Of a DNA stretch of 64,000 nt, positions 38,047 to 47,732 are shown piece by piece; position 1 is the stretch's first letter, and the number at the start of each line of letters is the position of its first letter. The position numbers and the translations under genes were made by a program. Source of the stretch: Dehalococcoidia bacterium (GTDB lineage Bacteria; Chloroflexota; Dehalococcoidia; UBA2979); the NCBI GenBank assembly GCA_965262725.1, contig OZ253555.1, forward strand, positions 1,344,001 through 1,408,000. Direction: 5' to 3'. The notes beneath the pieces are model-generated. The model searched no databases and was not told where the DNA came from. It saw nothing but the letters and a program-made list of their open reading frames with translations.

Positions 38047-39252
38047 ATGACCGATGCGAACACGGCCGTCCTCTCGCCCGACGACGTCGTCCTGCTCTCG
38101 GGCGTGCGCACGGCGATCGGCACGCTCGGCGGGGCGCTCGCAGAGACGCCCGCCTCCGATCTCGCCGCTGCCGTCATCCGCGAGGCGGTTGCGCGCGCCG
38201 GAATCGAGCCGGCGCAGGTGGACCAGGTGATCCTGGGCTGCGTGGGGCAGGTCGCGGAGGACGCCTACATCGCGCGCCACGCCTCCGTGAAGGCAGGGAT
38301 GCCCATCGAGACGCCGGCCTACACCGTGAACCGTATCTGCGGCTCGGGCCTCGAGGCGATCCACGAGGCGGCGCGGTGGCTCGCCGCGGGCGATGCCGAG
38401 ATCGTCGTCGCCGGCGGCGCTGAGAACATGAGCCGGATGCCGTACTACGTGCGCAAGGGGCGCTTCGGCTACCGCTACGGCGACGGGGCTCTCGAGGACG
38501 GCACGCTCGATCTCGTCACCGACCCGTTCGAGGACGTTCCGATGGGGATCACGGCCGAGAACCTTGCGGAGCGCTACGGGATCTCCCGTGGCCGGCAGGA
38601 CGAGTACGCGCTGCGCTCGCAGGAACGGGCGCGCCGGGCGATCGACGAGGGCCGCTTCCGCGAGCAGATCCTCCCGCTCGAGGTGAGGCGCGGCCGCGAG
38701 ACAGTCGTCTTCGACACCGACGAGCACCCGCGCGAGACCTCCGCGCCGGCGCTGAGCCGGCTGCGGCCGGCCTTCCGTTCCGACGGCTCGGTCACGGCCG
38801 GCAACTCCTCCGGGATCAACGACGGCGCCGCTGCCGTCGTCGCGACGACCGCGGGCACGGCGGCGAAGCTGGGACTCCGCCCACGGCTCCGGCTCGTGGC
38901 GCGCGCGGAGGCCGGCGTCGAGCCCGAGATCATGGGGTCCGGGCCGATCCCGGCGATCGGGAGGCTGCTTGAGCGCGCGGGGCTCTCCTTGGCCGAGATC
39001 GACGTCATCGAGCTGAACGAGGCGTTCGCGTCGGTCGCGGCGGCGTGCTCGGGTGCGCTCGGACTCCCGACGGAGCGCACCAACCCCAACGGGGGCGCCA
39101 TCGCGCTCGGACATCCGGTCGGCGCGACCGGCACCATCCTGGTCGTGAAGCTGATGCACGAGCTGGAACGCACCGGCGCGCGCTACGGCATCGCCTCGCT
39201 CTGCATCGGGGGCGGCCAGGGCATCGCCTCGCTCGTCGAGCGTCCCCGCTAG
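38047..39252 (+). CDS. Acetyl-CoA C-acyltransferase (thiolase)
   Basis: NRICGSG, NEAFA, GHPVGATG, CIGGG. Confidence 0.95.
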   Translation: MTDANTAVLSPDDVVLLSGVRTAIGTLGGALAETPASDLAAAVIREAVARAGIEPAQVDQVILGCVGQVAEDAYIARHASVKAGMPIETPAYTVNRICGSGLEAIHEAARWLAAGDAEIVVAGGAENMSRMPYYVRKGRFGYRYGDGALEDGTLDLVTDPFEDVPMGITAENLAERYGISRGRQDEYALRSQERARRAIDEGRFREQILPLEVRRGRETVVFDTDEHPRETSAPALSRLRPAFRSDGSVTAGNSSGINDGAAAVVATTAGTAAKLGLRPRLRLVARAEAGVEPEIMGSGPIPAIGRLLERAGLSLAEIDVIELNEAFASVAAACSGALGLPTERTNPNGGAIALGHPVGATGTILVVKLMHELERTGARYGIASLCIGGGQGIASLVERPR

Positions 39253-39297
39253 GGCCGAGGTCTCCCGGGCGGGGCATCCCGGCGGTGGGCCGACATC

Positions 39298-40479
39298 CTA
39301 GATCACGCCGTCCTCGCGCAGCCGCACGATCTCATCCCAGCCGAAGCCGAGCTCCTCCAGGTAGCGCTCGGTCGAGTCGCTGAGCTCGGGCGCCGGCCCG
39401 GTGAGGCGCGCCGGCGCGCGGCCGAACTGGATCGGCGATCCCGCCACGGTCACCTCGCCGAGCACGGGGTGCGGCAGCGTCTGGACGTAGCCGTTCGCCC
39501 GCGCCTGCTCGCAGGCGAGCACGTCGTCATAGCTCTGCACCGGCGCGAAGATGATGTCCTGCTCCTCGAAGCGCTCGAACCAGAAGGCCTGCGTCTTGGC
39601 GCGGAAGCGGCGCTCGAGCTCCGCGTTGATCACCGGAAGCCCCGCGGCGCGCCGCGCGTCGTCGGGGTAGCGCTCCGCGAGATCGGGCGCCCCGACCAGC
39701 GAGGCGAGCCGGCGGAAGCGGAACATGTCGACCGAGCCCAGGACGAACCAGCCGTCCGAGGCCTCGAAGGCGCGCCAGATTCCGCGCTTGCTCGCCTCCG
39801 GGTGGCCGAGCCCGCCGCGTCCGGAGTCGCGCCCGAGCATCGAGTGCGTCGTGATCTCGAAGCTCTGCAGGGCGATCTGCGACCCGTAGAGCGACACATC
39901 TACCTGCTCGCCCTCCCCGGTGGAGCGCGCCTTGAGCAGCGCCGCCAGCATCCCGACGGCGAGCAGGATCGCGCCGGTCTGATCCGCGATCGCGGCGCCG
40001 GCGGGCGACGGGGGATCCCCCTCGGCGCCGGTCTTGGTCATGATGCCGCCCATCGCCTGTCCCATGATGTCGACCCCGGGGCGGCCGGCCATCGGCCCCA
40101 GCGGGCCGAAGCCGGTCGCGCTGCCGTAGACGATGGCGGGATTGACGGCGCGGAGGTCGTCGTAGCCGAGGCCGAGGCGCTCCATCACGCCCGGGCGGAA
40201 GTTGTTCACGACGACCTCCACGCGCTCGGCGAGGCGCTTCACGATCTCGATCGCCTCGGGCCGCTTCAGGTCGAGGGTGACGCTGTGCTTGCCGCGGTTG
40301 TGGGCGACGAAGTAGGCGACAGGGCGATCCCCGGGGAAGATGTGGCGGCCGCGCTCGCCGTCGAGCCCCTCAATCTTGATGATCTCGGCGCCCATGTCCG
40401 CCATCAGCGCCGTGGCGAACGGTCCCTGCTGCGCCCACGTGAAATCAAGGACGCGCACGCCCTCCAGCGGTCGCGGCAC
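39298..40479 (-). CDS. CaiB/BaiF family III CoA-transferase
   Basis: PLEGVRVLDF, HNRGK, IADQTG. Confidence 0.92.
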   Translation of the reverse strand: MPRPLEGVRVLDFTWAQQGPFATALMADMGAEIIKIEGLDGERGRHIFPGDRPVAYFVAHNRGKHSVTLDLKRPEAIEIVKRLAERVEVVVNNFRPGVMERLGLGYDDLRAVNPAIVYGSATGFGPLGPMAGRPGVDIMGQAMGGIMTKTGAEGDPPSPAGAAIADQTGAILLAVGMLAALLKARSTGEGEQVDVSLYGSQIALQSFEITTHSMLGRDSGRGGLGHPEASKRGIWRAFEASDGWFVLGSVDMFRFRRLASLVGAPDLAERYPDDARRAAGLPVINAELERRFRAKTQAFWFERFEEQDIIFAPVQSYDDVLACEQARANGYVQTLPHPVLGEVTVAGSPIQFGRAPARLTGPAPELSDSTERYLEELGFGWDEIVRLREDGVI

Positions 40480-40580
40480 CAGCGCTCCCTCCCCTCGACC
40501 GCGGGTGCGGCTCGTGAATCGTACGGGCGCCGCGGGGGCGCCTCAAGGAGCGGGGTGGCCCTCCCGTCGCGCCGGGCCGC

Positions 40581-41807
40581 TCAGCCCCGCGGCAGTCCGA
40601 GCCCGCGCGTCGCGATCACGTTCCGCTGGATTTCGTTGCTCCCGGCCGCAATCGTCGAGGAGATGTGGTCGACGGAGCGGTAGGTGTGGACGCCGTCGAG
40701 CGGGGCGTACGGCGAGCCGGGCCATAGCGTCCCGTAGAGGCCGAAGGCCTTCATCGCGCTCTGCTGCAGCGTCTGGGCGAGCTCGGAGCCCACGATTTTG
40801 GAGATCGACGCCTCGTAGTTCGGGACGCGGCCACTCTTCTGGATGGAGATGATGCGGAAGGAGAAGTTGGCGAGGAGCTCCGTCTCCACGTAGCGGCTCG
40901 CGAGTAGCTGGCGGGTCGAGTCGAGCTCAACGACGCGCGAGCGCTCCCGCCCCTCGTCGGAGTCGAGATAGGCGAGTAGCTCCTCGACCTCGCGTCTCTG
41001 GGCGACCGCACCGCCCACGTTCGAGCGCTCGTGGTCGAGCAGCGTCATCGCGACGTACCACCCGCGGTTCTCCTCGCCGACGCGGTTTGTGACCGGGACC
41101 CGCACGCGCTCGTAGAACGACTCGTTGGTGCGTCGCTCCCAGGCGGCGCTGATGATCGGTCGCACCTCGACGCCAGGGCTGTCGAGCGGCACGAGCAGGA
41201 AGGAGATGCCGCGGTGCTTCGGCGCCTCCGGGTCGGTGCGGACGATCATGAAGATCCAGTTGGCGACGTGGCCGAGCGAGGTCCAGATCTTCTGGCCGGT
41301 GACGATGTAGTCGTCGCCGTCGCGCACGGCGCGCGTGGTGAGCGAGGCGAGATCTGAGCCAGCACCCGGCTCCGAGTAGCCCTGCGCCCAGATCATCTCC
41401 CCCGCGAGCGTCGGCTGCAGGAAGCGCTGTCTCTGCTCCTCGTTGCCGTGCAGCATGATCGTGGGCCCGAGCATCTTGACGCCCGGACCCCCGACGATCG
41501 GCGCCTCAGCGTAGGCGAGCTCCTGGTTAAGGATGAACTGCTCGGCGGCGCTGAGACCAGCGCCGCCGTACTCGATCGGCCAGTGCGGTGCCCCCCAGCC
41601 GCGCTCGCCGAGCGCCGCGGCCCACCGCAGAGCCGAGTCGCACGCCTCCTCGTCCCCGTGCAGGACGTCCCACTGCCACCAGTACTGGGGGCTGACGCCG
41701 GCCGGCCCGCTCTCGCGGTCGCGGTAGAACTCCGGGAGGCGCGCCTCGATGAGCTGCCGCACCTCGGCCCGGAAGGCACTCTCCTCGGTGCTGTCCGCCC
41801 AGTCCAT
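40581..41807 (-). CDS. Acyl-CoA dehydrogenase
   Basis: QGYSEPGAGSDLASL, AGSNEIQRNVIA. Confidence 0.95.
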   Translation of the reverse strand: MDWADSTEESAFRAEVRQLIEARLPEFYRDRESGPAGVSPQYWWQWDVLHGDEEACDSALRWAAALGERGWGAPHWPIEYGGAGLSAAEQFILNQELAYAEAPIVGGPGVKMLGPTIMLHGNEEQRQRFLQPTLAGEMIWAQGYSEPGAGSDLASLTTRAVRDGDDYIVTGQKIWTSLGHVANWIFMIVRTDPEAPKHRGISFLLVPLDSPGVEVRPIISAAWERRTNESFYERVRVPVTNRVGEENRGWYVAMTLLDHERSNVGGAVAQRREVEELLAYLDSDEGRERSRVVELDSTRQLLASRYVETELLANFSFRIISIQKSGRVPNYEASISKIVGSELAQTLQQSAMKAFGLYGTLWPGSPYAPLDGVHTYRSVDHISSTIAAGSNEIQRNVIATRGLGLPRG

Positions 41808-41839
41808 CAGCCGCCTCCCCGCTCGCCCCGATCGCTAGC

Positions 41840-43276
41840 TTAGCGTCCGCCCGCCCCCGGCCCGCTCTTGCCCGGGAGCACCCGCGCCAAAGCCGCCCCG
41901 CCGACGCCGCTCGTGAGGCTCTCCGCCTCCTCCTTTGAGATCCGCCCCTCCGCGACCAGCCGCGCCGCCTGCGACGGCGAGAGCGCCGCCTCGCCCAGCG
42001 CCCCGACCTCGAGCCGGCGCAGGGTCGCGCTGGCTACGAAGACGAGTAGCAGCGTGGCGAGCATCACGACGGCCGTGCCGGCGACGGCGGCCGGCGCACC
42101 GAAGGCGTCGGCCGCCACCGTGACCGGGATCACGCCCAGGGGCATCGCGCCGAACGACATGAGCAGGACTGCCATCACGCGGCCGCGCACCTCGGGGTCG
42201 ACGCTCGCCTGGATCACCGTGTTGTTCGTGGTCATGAAGAGCATGCTCCCGGTGTTGGCGACGGCGAGGAAGATCAGCGCCACCGGGAAGGGGTCGGACG
42301 CGGCGAAGGCGATGAGGAAGGCGCCCATCATGAGGCCGCCGGTGAGCATGATGAGGCCCTTGCGGGGCGCCGCGTCGAGGTTCGCTGCGATCAGGGCGCC
42401 GATGAGGCCGCCCACGCCGGTGCTCGCCGCGAGGATGCCGAGCGCGGTCGAGCTCTCGAACGGGTCGCCGGCGAAGACCTCCTCGGCGATCACCGGCAGC
42501 AGCTGCTGCACGGGGAATGCGAAGAGCGGCATCAGGAGGCCGGCCACGATGAGAAGACGCATCAGCGGCCGGCGCGAGATGTAGGAGAATCCGCCGAGGA
42601 GCTCGGTACGAAGGTCCTTCCGCGGGCCTCTGGAGGCGACCATCCCGTGCGCCGGGAGCTGGAACTCGGAGGCGACCGCCAGTGTGAAGAGGGCGGCGGT
42701 GATGAGGTAGACGCCGCCGACGCCGAGCGGCGCGATCAGGAGCCCCGCCGCCGCCGGACCGAAGATGCGCGTCAGGTTCATTCCGCCCATCTGCAACGAG
42801 ATCGCGTTCATCAGCCGGTGCTGTGGCACCAGCTGCGGGACGATCGCCTGCCGGGCCGGCATGTTGATGGCGAAGACGGCGCCCGTCCCGAGCGCCCCGG
42901 CCACCAAGTGCCAGTACTCGATCCACCCCCCGATCACGAGTATCGCGACGACGAGGTCGCCCGCGGCGGCGACGCTCTGCGTCGCGATCAGGAGGCGGCG
43001 CTTGTCGACGCGGTCGGCGACGACCCCTCCGAACGGTGCCACCACGAGCATCGGCACCGCGATCGCGACGGCGACCACGGCGAGCGAGACCGCCCTCCCT
43101 GTCAGCTCGAAGGCGAGGAAGCCGCGGAGGATGAAGTTCATCTGCATCGCGAGGAAGAAGGCGCTATTGCCGGCGAAGAACCACGCGAAGTCGCGCTCGG
43201 AGAACGCCGCGAACATGCGTATCCGCCCCGGCGTCCGCGGGCCGAGGGGCATCATGCCCGGGGGCGGGCCCATCAT
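41840..43276 (-). CDS. MFS transporter (MFS_3/H+ antiporter-like)
   Basis: GGVVADRVDKRR motif A, MPARQA, RGRVM; about 12 TM segments. Confidence 0.92.
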   Translation of the reverse strand: MMGPPPGMMPLGPRTPGRIRMFAAFSERDFAWFFAGNSAFFLAMQMNFILRGFLAFELTGRAVSLAVVAVAIAVPMLVVAPFGGVVADRVDKRRLLIATQSVAAAGDLVVAILVIGGWIEYWHLVAGALGTGAVFAINMPARQAIVPQLVPQHRLMNAISLQMGGMNLTRIFGPAAAGLLIAPLGVGGVYLITAALFTLAVASEFQLPAHGMVASRGPRKDLRTELLGGFSYISRRPLMRLLIVAGLLMPLFAFPVQQLLPVIAEEVFAGDPFESSTALGILAASTGVGGLIGALIAANLDAAPRKGLIMLTGGLMMGAFLIAFAASDPFPVALIFLAVANTGSMLFMTTNNTVIQASVDPEVRGRVMAVLLMSFGAMPLGVIPVTVAADAFGAPAAVAGTAVVMLATLLLVFVASATLRRLEVGALGEAALSPSQAARLVAEGRISKEEAESLTSGVGGAALARVLPGKSGPGAGGR

Positions 43277-43398
43277 CTAGCGGCCTCTCGCCCGGTGGCC
43301 GCGCCGTTCTGCCGCGAGTTGCGCGGCAGCACCCTGACGTCCACGGGAGAGTTCAGCATACAGCCGCCCGGGCGGAAGCGTCGGCCCCGGATGGAGCG

Positions 43399-44649
43399 CT
43401 ACTCGTAGCGGTCACCGATCGCGCCGGTCTCCCGGAACGCCTCGATCTGCTCGGGCGTGAAGCCGATCTCGGACAGGACCTCGTCGTTGTGCTCGCCGAC
43501 CAGAGCGGTCGGGCGCTCCCAGGCGGGCGGATCGGGCTCGATCCGCCAGAGGAAGCCGCCCATCTGCTTCGGACCGGTCCAGCGGTGGTCGATGGTCTCG
43601 ATCCAGCGCCGGGCTTCGAGCTGGGGAGAGCCGGGGATGTCGGGGGAGCGCACGACGCGCGCGGCGACGGCGCCCGCCGCCTGGACCGCCTCCGCGAGCG
43701 GGCCGCCGGCGAGATCGCCCGTGGCCTCGGCGATCGCCGCGTCGACGGCGTCGCGATGCCGCAGCCGCCCGGGCACGGTGGCCCAGTCGTGCCGCTCCTC
43801 CGCCCACTCGGGGTGGCCGAGTGCGCCCGCGAGCGCCGCCCACTGGTCGTCGTCTGAGGCCACCAGCACCACCCACTCGTCGTCGCCTGAGGCCGGGTAG
43901 ACGCCGTGCGGGACCACGGTCGGCTCGGCGTTCCCGGTTCTGGGCGGGAGGCGGCGGTTCAGCTCCCAGTCGCCGAGGAGTCCGGGAAACTGCCACACGA
44001 GCCCCTCCCACTGCGACAAGTCGACGAAGAGCCCGACCCCGTCGCGGTCCCGCAGCTCGAGGGCGGTCAGGCAGGCGAAGAGCAGCGTCTGGGAGCCCGT
44101 CGCATCGGAGTGCACCGTCGGCGTCACGTCCTCGAACGGGCCGTCGGGATGGCCCCGGATCGCCATGTAGCCGCTGGTCGCGTCGAGGGCGCTGCCCAGC
44201 GCGGAGCGCCCGATGTAGGGCCCGGTCGATCCCCAGCCGGCGAGCGAGACCATCACGAGGCGCGGGTTCAGCTTCCGCGCCTGCTCCCAGCCGAAGCCGA
44301 GTTGCGCGAGCTTCCCGGCGGAGTATCCCTCGAGGAAGAGGTCGGCACCGGCGATGAGGCGCCTGAGCACCTCCGCTCCCCCCCGTGTCCGCACGTCGAG
44401 CGCGACGTTGCGCTTGTTGCGGTTGCCCTGGTGGTGCAGCGCGTCCCGCTCGTAGACGGGTCCGTCGCCGGGCATCGTCGCGGTGCGCGGCGCGACGGGC
44501 CTCGTCATCGAGTGCCGGGGGTAGGACTCGACCTTGACGACGTCCGCACCGAGGTCGCCCATCATCGACGCGCAGACCGGACCGACCCATGCCTCGGTCA
44601 TCTCGACGACGCGCAGCCCCGCGAGCGCTCTGTTCGCCACAGCTATCAC
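43399..44649 (-). CDS. Family III CoA-transferase (Asp-bearing subunit)
   Basis: GADVVKVES, NRNKR, HSDATG. Confidence 0.9.
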   Translation of the reverse strand: MIAVANRALAGLRVVEMTEAWVGPVCASMMGDLGADVVKVESYPRHSMTRPVAPRTATMPGDGPVYERDALHHQGNRNKRNVALDVRTRGGAEVLRRLIAGADLFLEGYSAGKLAQLGFGWEQARKLNPRLVMVSLAGWGSTGPYIGRSALGSALDATSGYMAIRGHPDGPFEDVTPTVHSDATGSQTLLFACLTALELRDRDGVGLFVDLSQWEGLVWQFPGLLGDWELNRRLPPRTGNAEPTVVPHGVYPASGDDEWVVLVASDDDQWAALAGALGHPEWAEERHDWATVPGRLRHRDAVDAAIAEATGDLAGGPLAEAVQAAGAVAARVVRSPDIPGSPQLEARRWIETIDHRWTGPKQMGGFLWRIEPDPPAWERPTALVGEHNDEVLSEIGFTPEQIEAFRETGAIGDRYE

Positions 44650-45833
44650 CCCGCTCCTGTGGCCACCCCCGCCCGCGCGAGCGCCTGCCGCTCCCCGGGC
44701 GTGTAGCCGAGCTCCGCCAGTATTTCGTCCGTGTGCTCGCCGAGCCGCGGGGAGCGGCGCGCGCGCCAGCCATCGTCCTGCTCGCTCCCGACGCCGCCGA
44801 GCCGGAAGGGCGCACCCGCCACCCGCACCGGGCCGACGCCGGGCTGCTCCACCGTGGCGAACGAGCGCCGGGCGCGCGCCTGCGGATCCTCGAGGATCTC
44901 CGAGACGTCGAGCACCGGGGCGGACATCACGCCGTGCGCCTGCAGATCGTCGAACACCTCGCGCCTGGTGTGCGAGCCCAGGTAGCGCTCCAGCCGCCGG
45001 GCCGTCTCCGGCCAGTCATGCGTCTCCTCCCCGGGCGGTGCCGTGCCCAGGAATCGACAGAGGCGCGCGCCCCACGGCTCCGTCAGGCCGAGGATCACGA
45101 AACCGTCGCGGCAGCGATAGGTCCCGGTCACCGGCGCGGTGCCCCGCTTCGGCGGGGCCGAGAGCCGCTCCGTGCCGGTGAAGCTCCAGTTCACGAATCC
45201 CGTGTCGACGTTGCCGAGCACCGCCTCGACGGTGGCGACATCGACGTCGAGGCGCATCCCCTCCCGCCGCCGGGCACGCCAGACGGCGAGCCCGATGGCG
45301 GCCGCTGTGTGCCCCGCCTGCACGACGGCGGCCTGCGGCCCTCGGCGAAGCGGCGCCCGCCCCGGCGGGCCCTGGCGCTGCATGCGCGTGCTCCACGCCA
45401 TCAGCGACAGATCGACCTCGCGCCGGTCGGCGTAGGGGCCGTCGAGACCGTGCGGTGTCAGCCACACGGTGGCGGGACCGCTCGCGGGATCGAGCAGCGC
45501 GCGGAGGCGCGGCACCTCCGGGGCCGGCAGCTCGCCCAGCACGAGCTCGGCCGTCGCGAAGAGGCGGCGGAGCACGTCGCGCCCGGACGCGGTGGCGACG
45601 TCGAGGACGAGGGAGCGCTTGCCCATGCCGAAGGCGAGGTGGAACGCGCCGCGATCGGGATGTGGGCGGTCGTCCGGGAACGGCGGCTGCCGCCTGAGCT
45701 CGCCGCCGCCGGGCGGCTCGACCGCCACGACGTCGGCTCCGAAATCGGCGAAGCTCTTCGTGGCGGCACCCCCGCCGATGCCGCCTCCGAGCTCCACCAC
45801 GCGCGTGCCGACGAGCGGCTGCTCCACCATCAT
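44646..45833 (-). CDS. Family III CoA-transferase-like subunit (no catalytic Asp)
   Basis: GADVVAVEPPGG, GKRS; GTGA overlap with the downstream CaiB gene. Confidence 0.85.
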   Translation of the reverse strand: MMVEQPLVGTRVVELGGGIGGGAATKSFADFGADVVAVEPPGGGELRRQPPFPDDRPHPDRGAFHLAFGMGKRSLVLDVATASGRDVLRRLFATAELVLGELPAPEVPRLRALLDPASGPATVWLTPHGLDGPYADRREVDLSLMAWSTRMQRQGPPGRAPLRRGPQAAVVQAGHTAAAIGLAVWRARRREGMRLDVDVATVEAVLGNVDTGFVNWSFTGTERLSAPPKRGTAPVTGTYRCRDGFVILGLTEPWGARLCRFLGTAPPGEETHDWPETARRLERYLGSHTRREVFDDLQAHGVMSAPVLDVSEILEDPQARARRSFATVEQPGVGPVRVAGAPFRLGGVGSEQDDGWRARRSPRLGEHTDEILAELGYTPGERQALARAGVATGAG

Positions 45834-46587
45834 GCCTCCGCGCGGCCGCCGTCCGGAGCCGCCCGCCGGTGGACCGGCTGGCGCCCCGATTCGACGGGAT
45901 CGTATCTTCGCACAGGGTGCCCCGTCCCACGCGCACCGGGGGCGAATCGCGCCCGGTGCGCGTGGGACGCTAGTGTCCCGATTCAGGGATGCGCTCTAGA
46001 TATCCGGCGAGGTTGGTGTGTCCCGAAGTCGAAGGGCGGGTGACGTGATGACGTAACCGGTCTGGAGACATGCTCGTCGTTGCCAGCCGGTGCGAGTCCG
46101 GCACGGGTAACTGTCAGGAGGCCCGTTAGCAGGTCGGCGGCGCGGACGGGAAACGGTCCACGTCGAAGCCCGACGTCAAGAGCCCTATCAGGGGGAGCAA
46201 CCAAGCGGTCCGCAGCATCAAGCGAAGCCTGCCGCGTCGTTAACGGATAGTGGAGGAGCCGAGCCCGGCAATTCAGGGCGAAGGCCATGGACGAGGTGAA
46301 GATCCTGAATGCGCGTTGCGCTGCAGCCTCAAGGAACCTCCCGGCGTAAGGGGCGTGGAACGTTTGGAAGGTAGCGACGGGAACGGGAGAAGCCCTCCCC
46401 GGCCCGGCACCCTGCGAGATGGTGTCGGAGCGAGGTGCCCTATAACCGGTCAAAGCCGGGAAGTGGGCAGCTAGCCGGAAGGGTGACGGAGGGGGTCGTA
46501 GTACCGCTTGAGCCGGACGGACAACACAACCGCCGGTGATGGGAAGGACCCCTGCTTTGCTCACGCGTGGGGAGTAGGGATGAATCG

Positions 46588-47131
46588 GTGAGTGCCCAAG
46601 CGGCTAACTCCATCCAAGACAAGGTCCGAACACTACAACGCACGCTTTACCGGGCGGCCAAGGCCGACCCCAATAGACGCTTTCATGCGCTCTACGACAA
46701 GGTTTATCGCAGAGACATTCTGGAGCGCGCGTGGGAGCAGGTGCGTCGCAATCGCGGCGCAGCCGGTATCGACGGCGTCACGCTCGCCGAGGTCGAGCGC
46801 TACGGCGTGGAGCGCCTGCTGGATGAACTGGCCACGGAACTGAAGGAGGGAAGATACCGGGTGCAGCCGAGCCGCCGGGTCTGGATACCCAAGCCCGGTC
46901 GGTCGGAAGAGCGCCCGCTCTCGATTCCTTCGGTCCGCGACCGCATCGTGCAGGCGTCGCTGAAGCTCGTGACGGAGCCGGTCTTCGAGGCCGACTTCCT
47001 GCCATGCAGCTTCGGCTTCCGCCCGAAGCGTTCGGCCCATGACGCCCTGCAGGTCCTCATTGACGAGGCGTGGCGGGGCAGGCGGTGGGTAGTGGAGACG
47101 GACATCGCCTCGTGTTTCGAGTCGATACCGC
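46588..47131 (+). CDS. ltrA: Group II intron reverse transcriptase/maturase, 5' part
   Basis: RFHALYDKV, GAAGIDG, IPKPG..RPLSIPSVRDRIVQ, SFGFRP; start codon uncertain. Confidence 0.9.
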
Positions 47132-47732
47132 GTGCGTCCGGAAGTCGAAGGGGTGGTGACGTGATGACGTGACCGGTCCGGAGACATGCTCGTTGCTGCC
47201 AGCCGGTGAGAGTCCGGCACGGGTAACTGTCAGGAGGCCCGTTAGCAGGTCGGCGGCGTGGACGGGAAACGGTCTGCGTCGAAGCCCGACGTCAAGAGCC
47301 CTATGAGGGGGAGCAAACGTGCGGTCCGCAGCATGACGCGAAGTCTGCCGCGCCGTGAGACTCGCCTGTCTATTGACAGGACCAAGGAGGAGCCGAGCCC
47401 GGGTGGTCAGGGCGAAGGCCATGGACGAGGTGAAGATCCTGGAATGCAGCCTCAAGAAACCTCCCGGCGTATGGGACGTGGAACGTACGGAAGGTAGCGA
47501 CGGGAACCGGAGAAGCCCTCCCCGGCCCGGCACCCTGTGAGAGGGCGTCGGAGCGAGGCGTCCTATAACCGGTCAGAGCCGGGAAGTGGACAGCCAGCCG
47601 GAAGGGTGGCGGAGGGGGTCGTAGTACCGCTGGAGCCGGACGGACAACATAACCGCCGGTGATGGGAAGGACCCCTACTTTGTCCGTGCATGTTGCTGGG
47701 GGTGTGGACTGGTGAGTGCCCCTCGGGGCTAG

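Noticed and set aside
46198-46202. CAACC as EBS1 of the outer intron (perfect match to exon GGTTG)
   Set aside because: The homologous position in the inner intron (CAAAC) does not match its exon, whereas the GCCC/GGGC loop covaries in both; kept only as an alternative
46567-47172. RT fragments as a retron, DGR, Abi or CRISPR-associated RT, or as a simple pseudogene
   Set aside because: They are flanked by complete group II intron ends and domain V, and the halves join in frame on removing the inner intron
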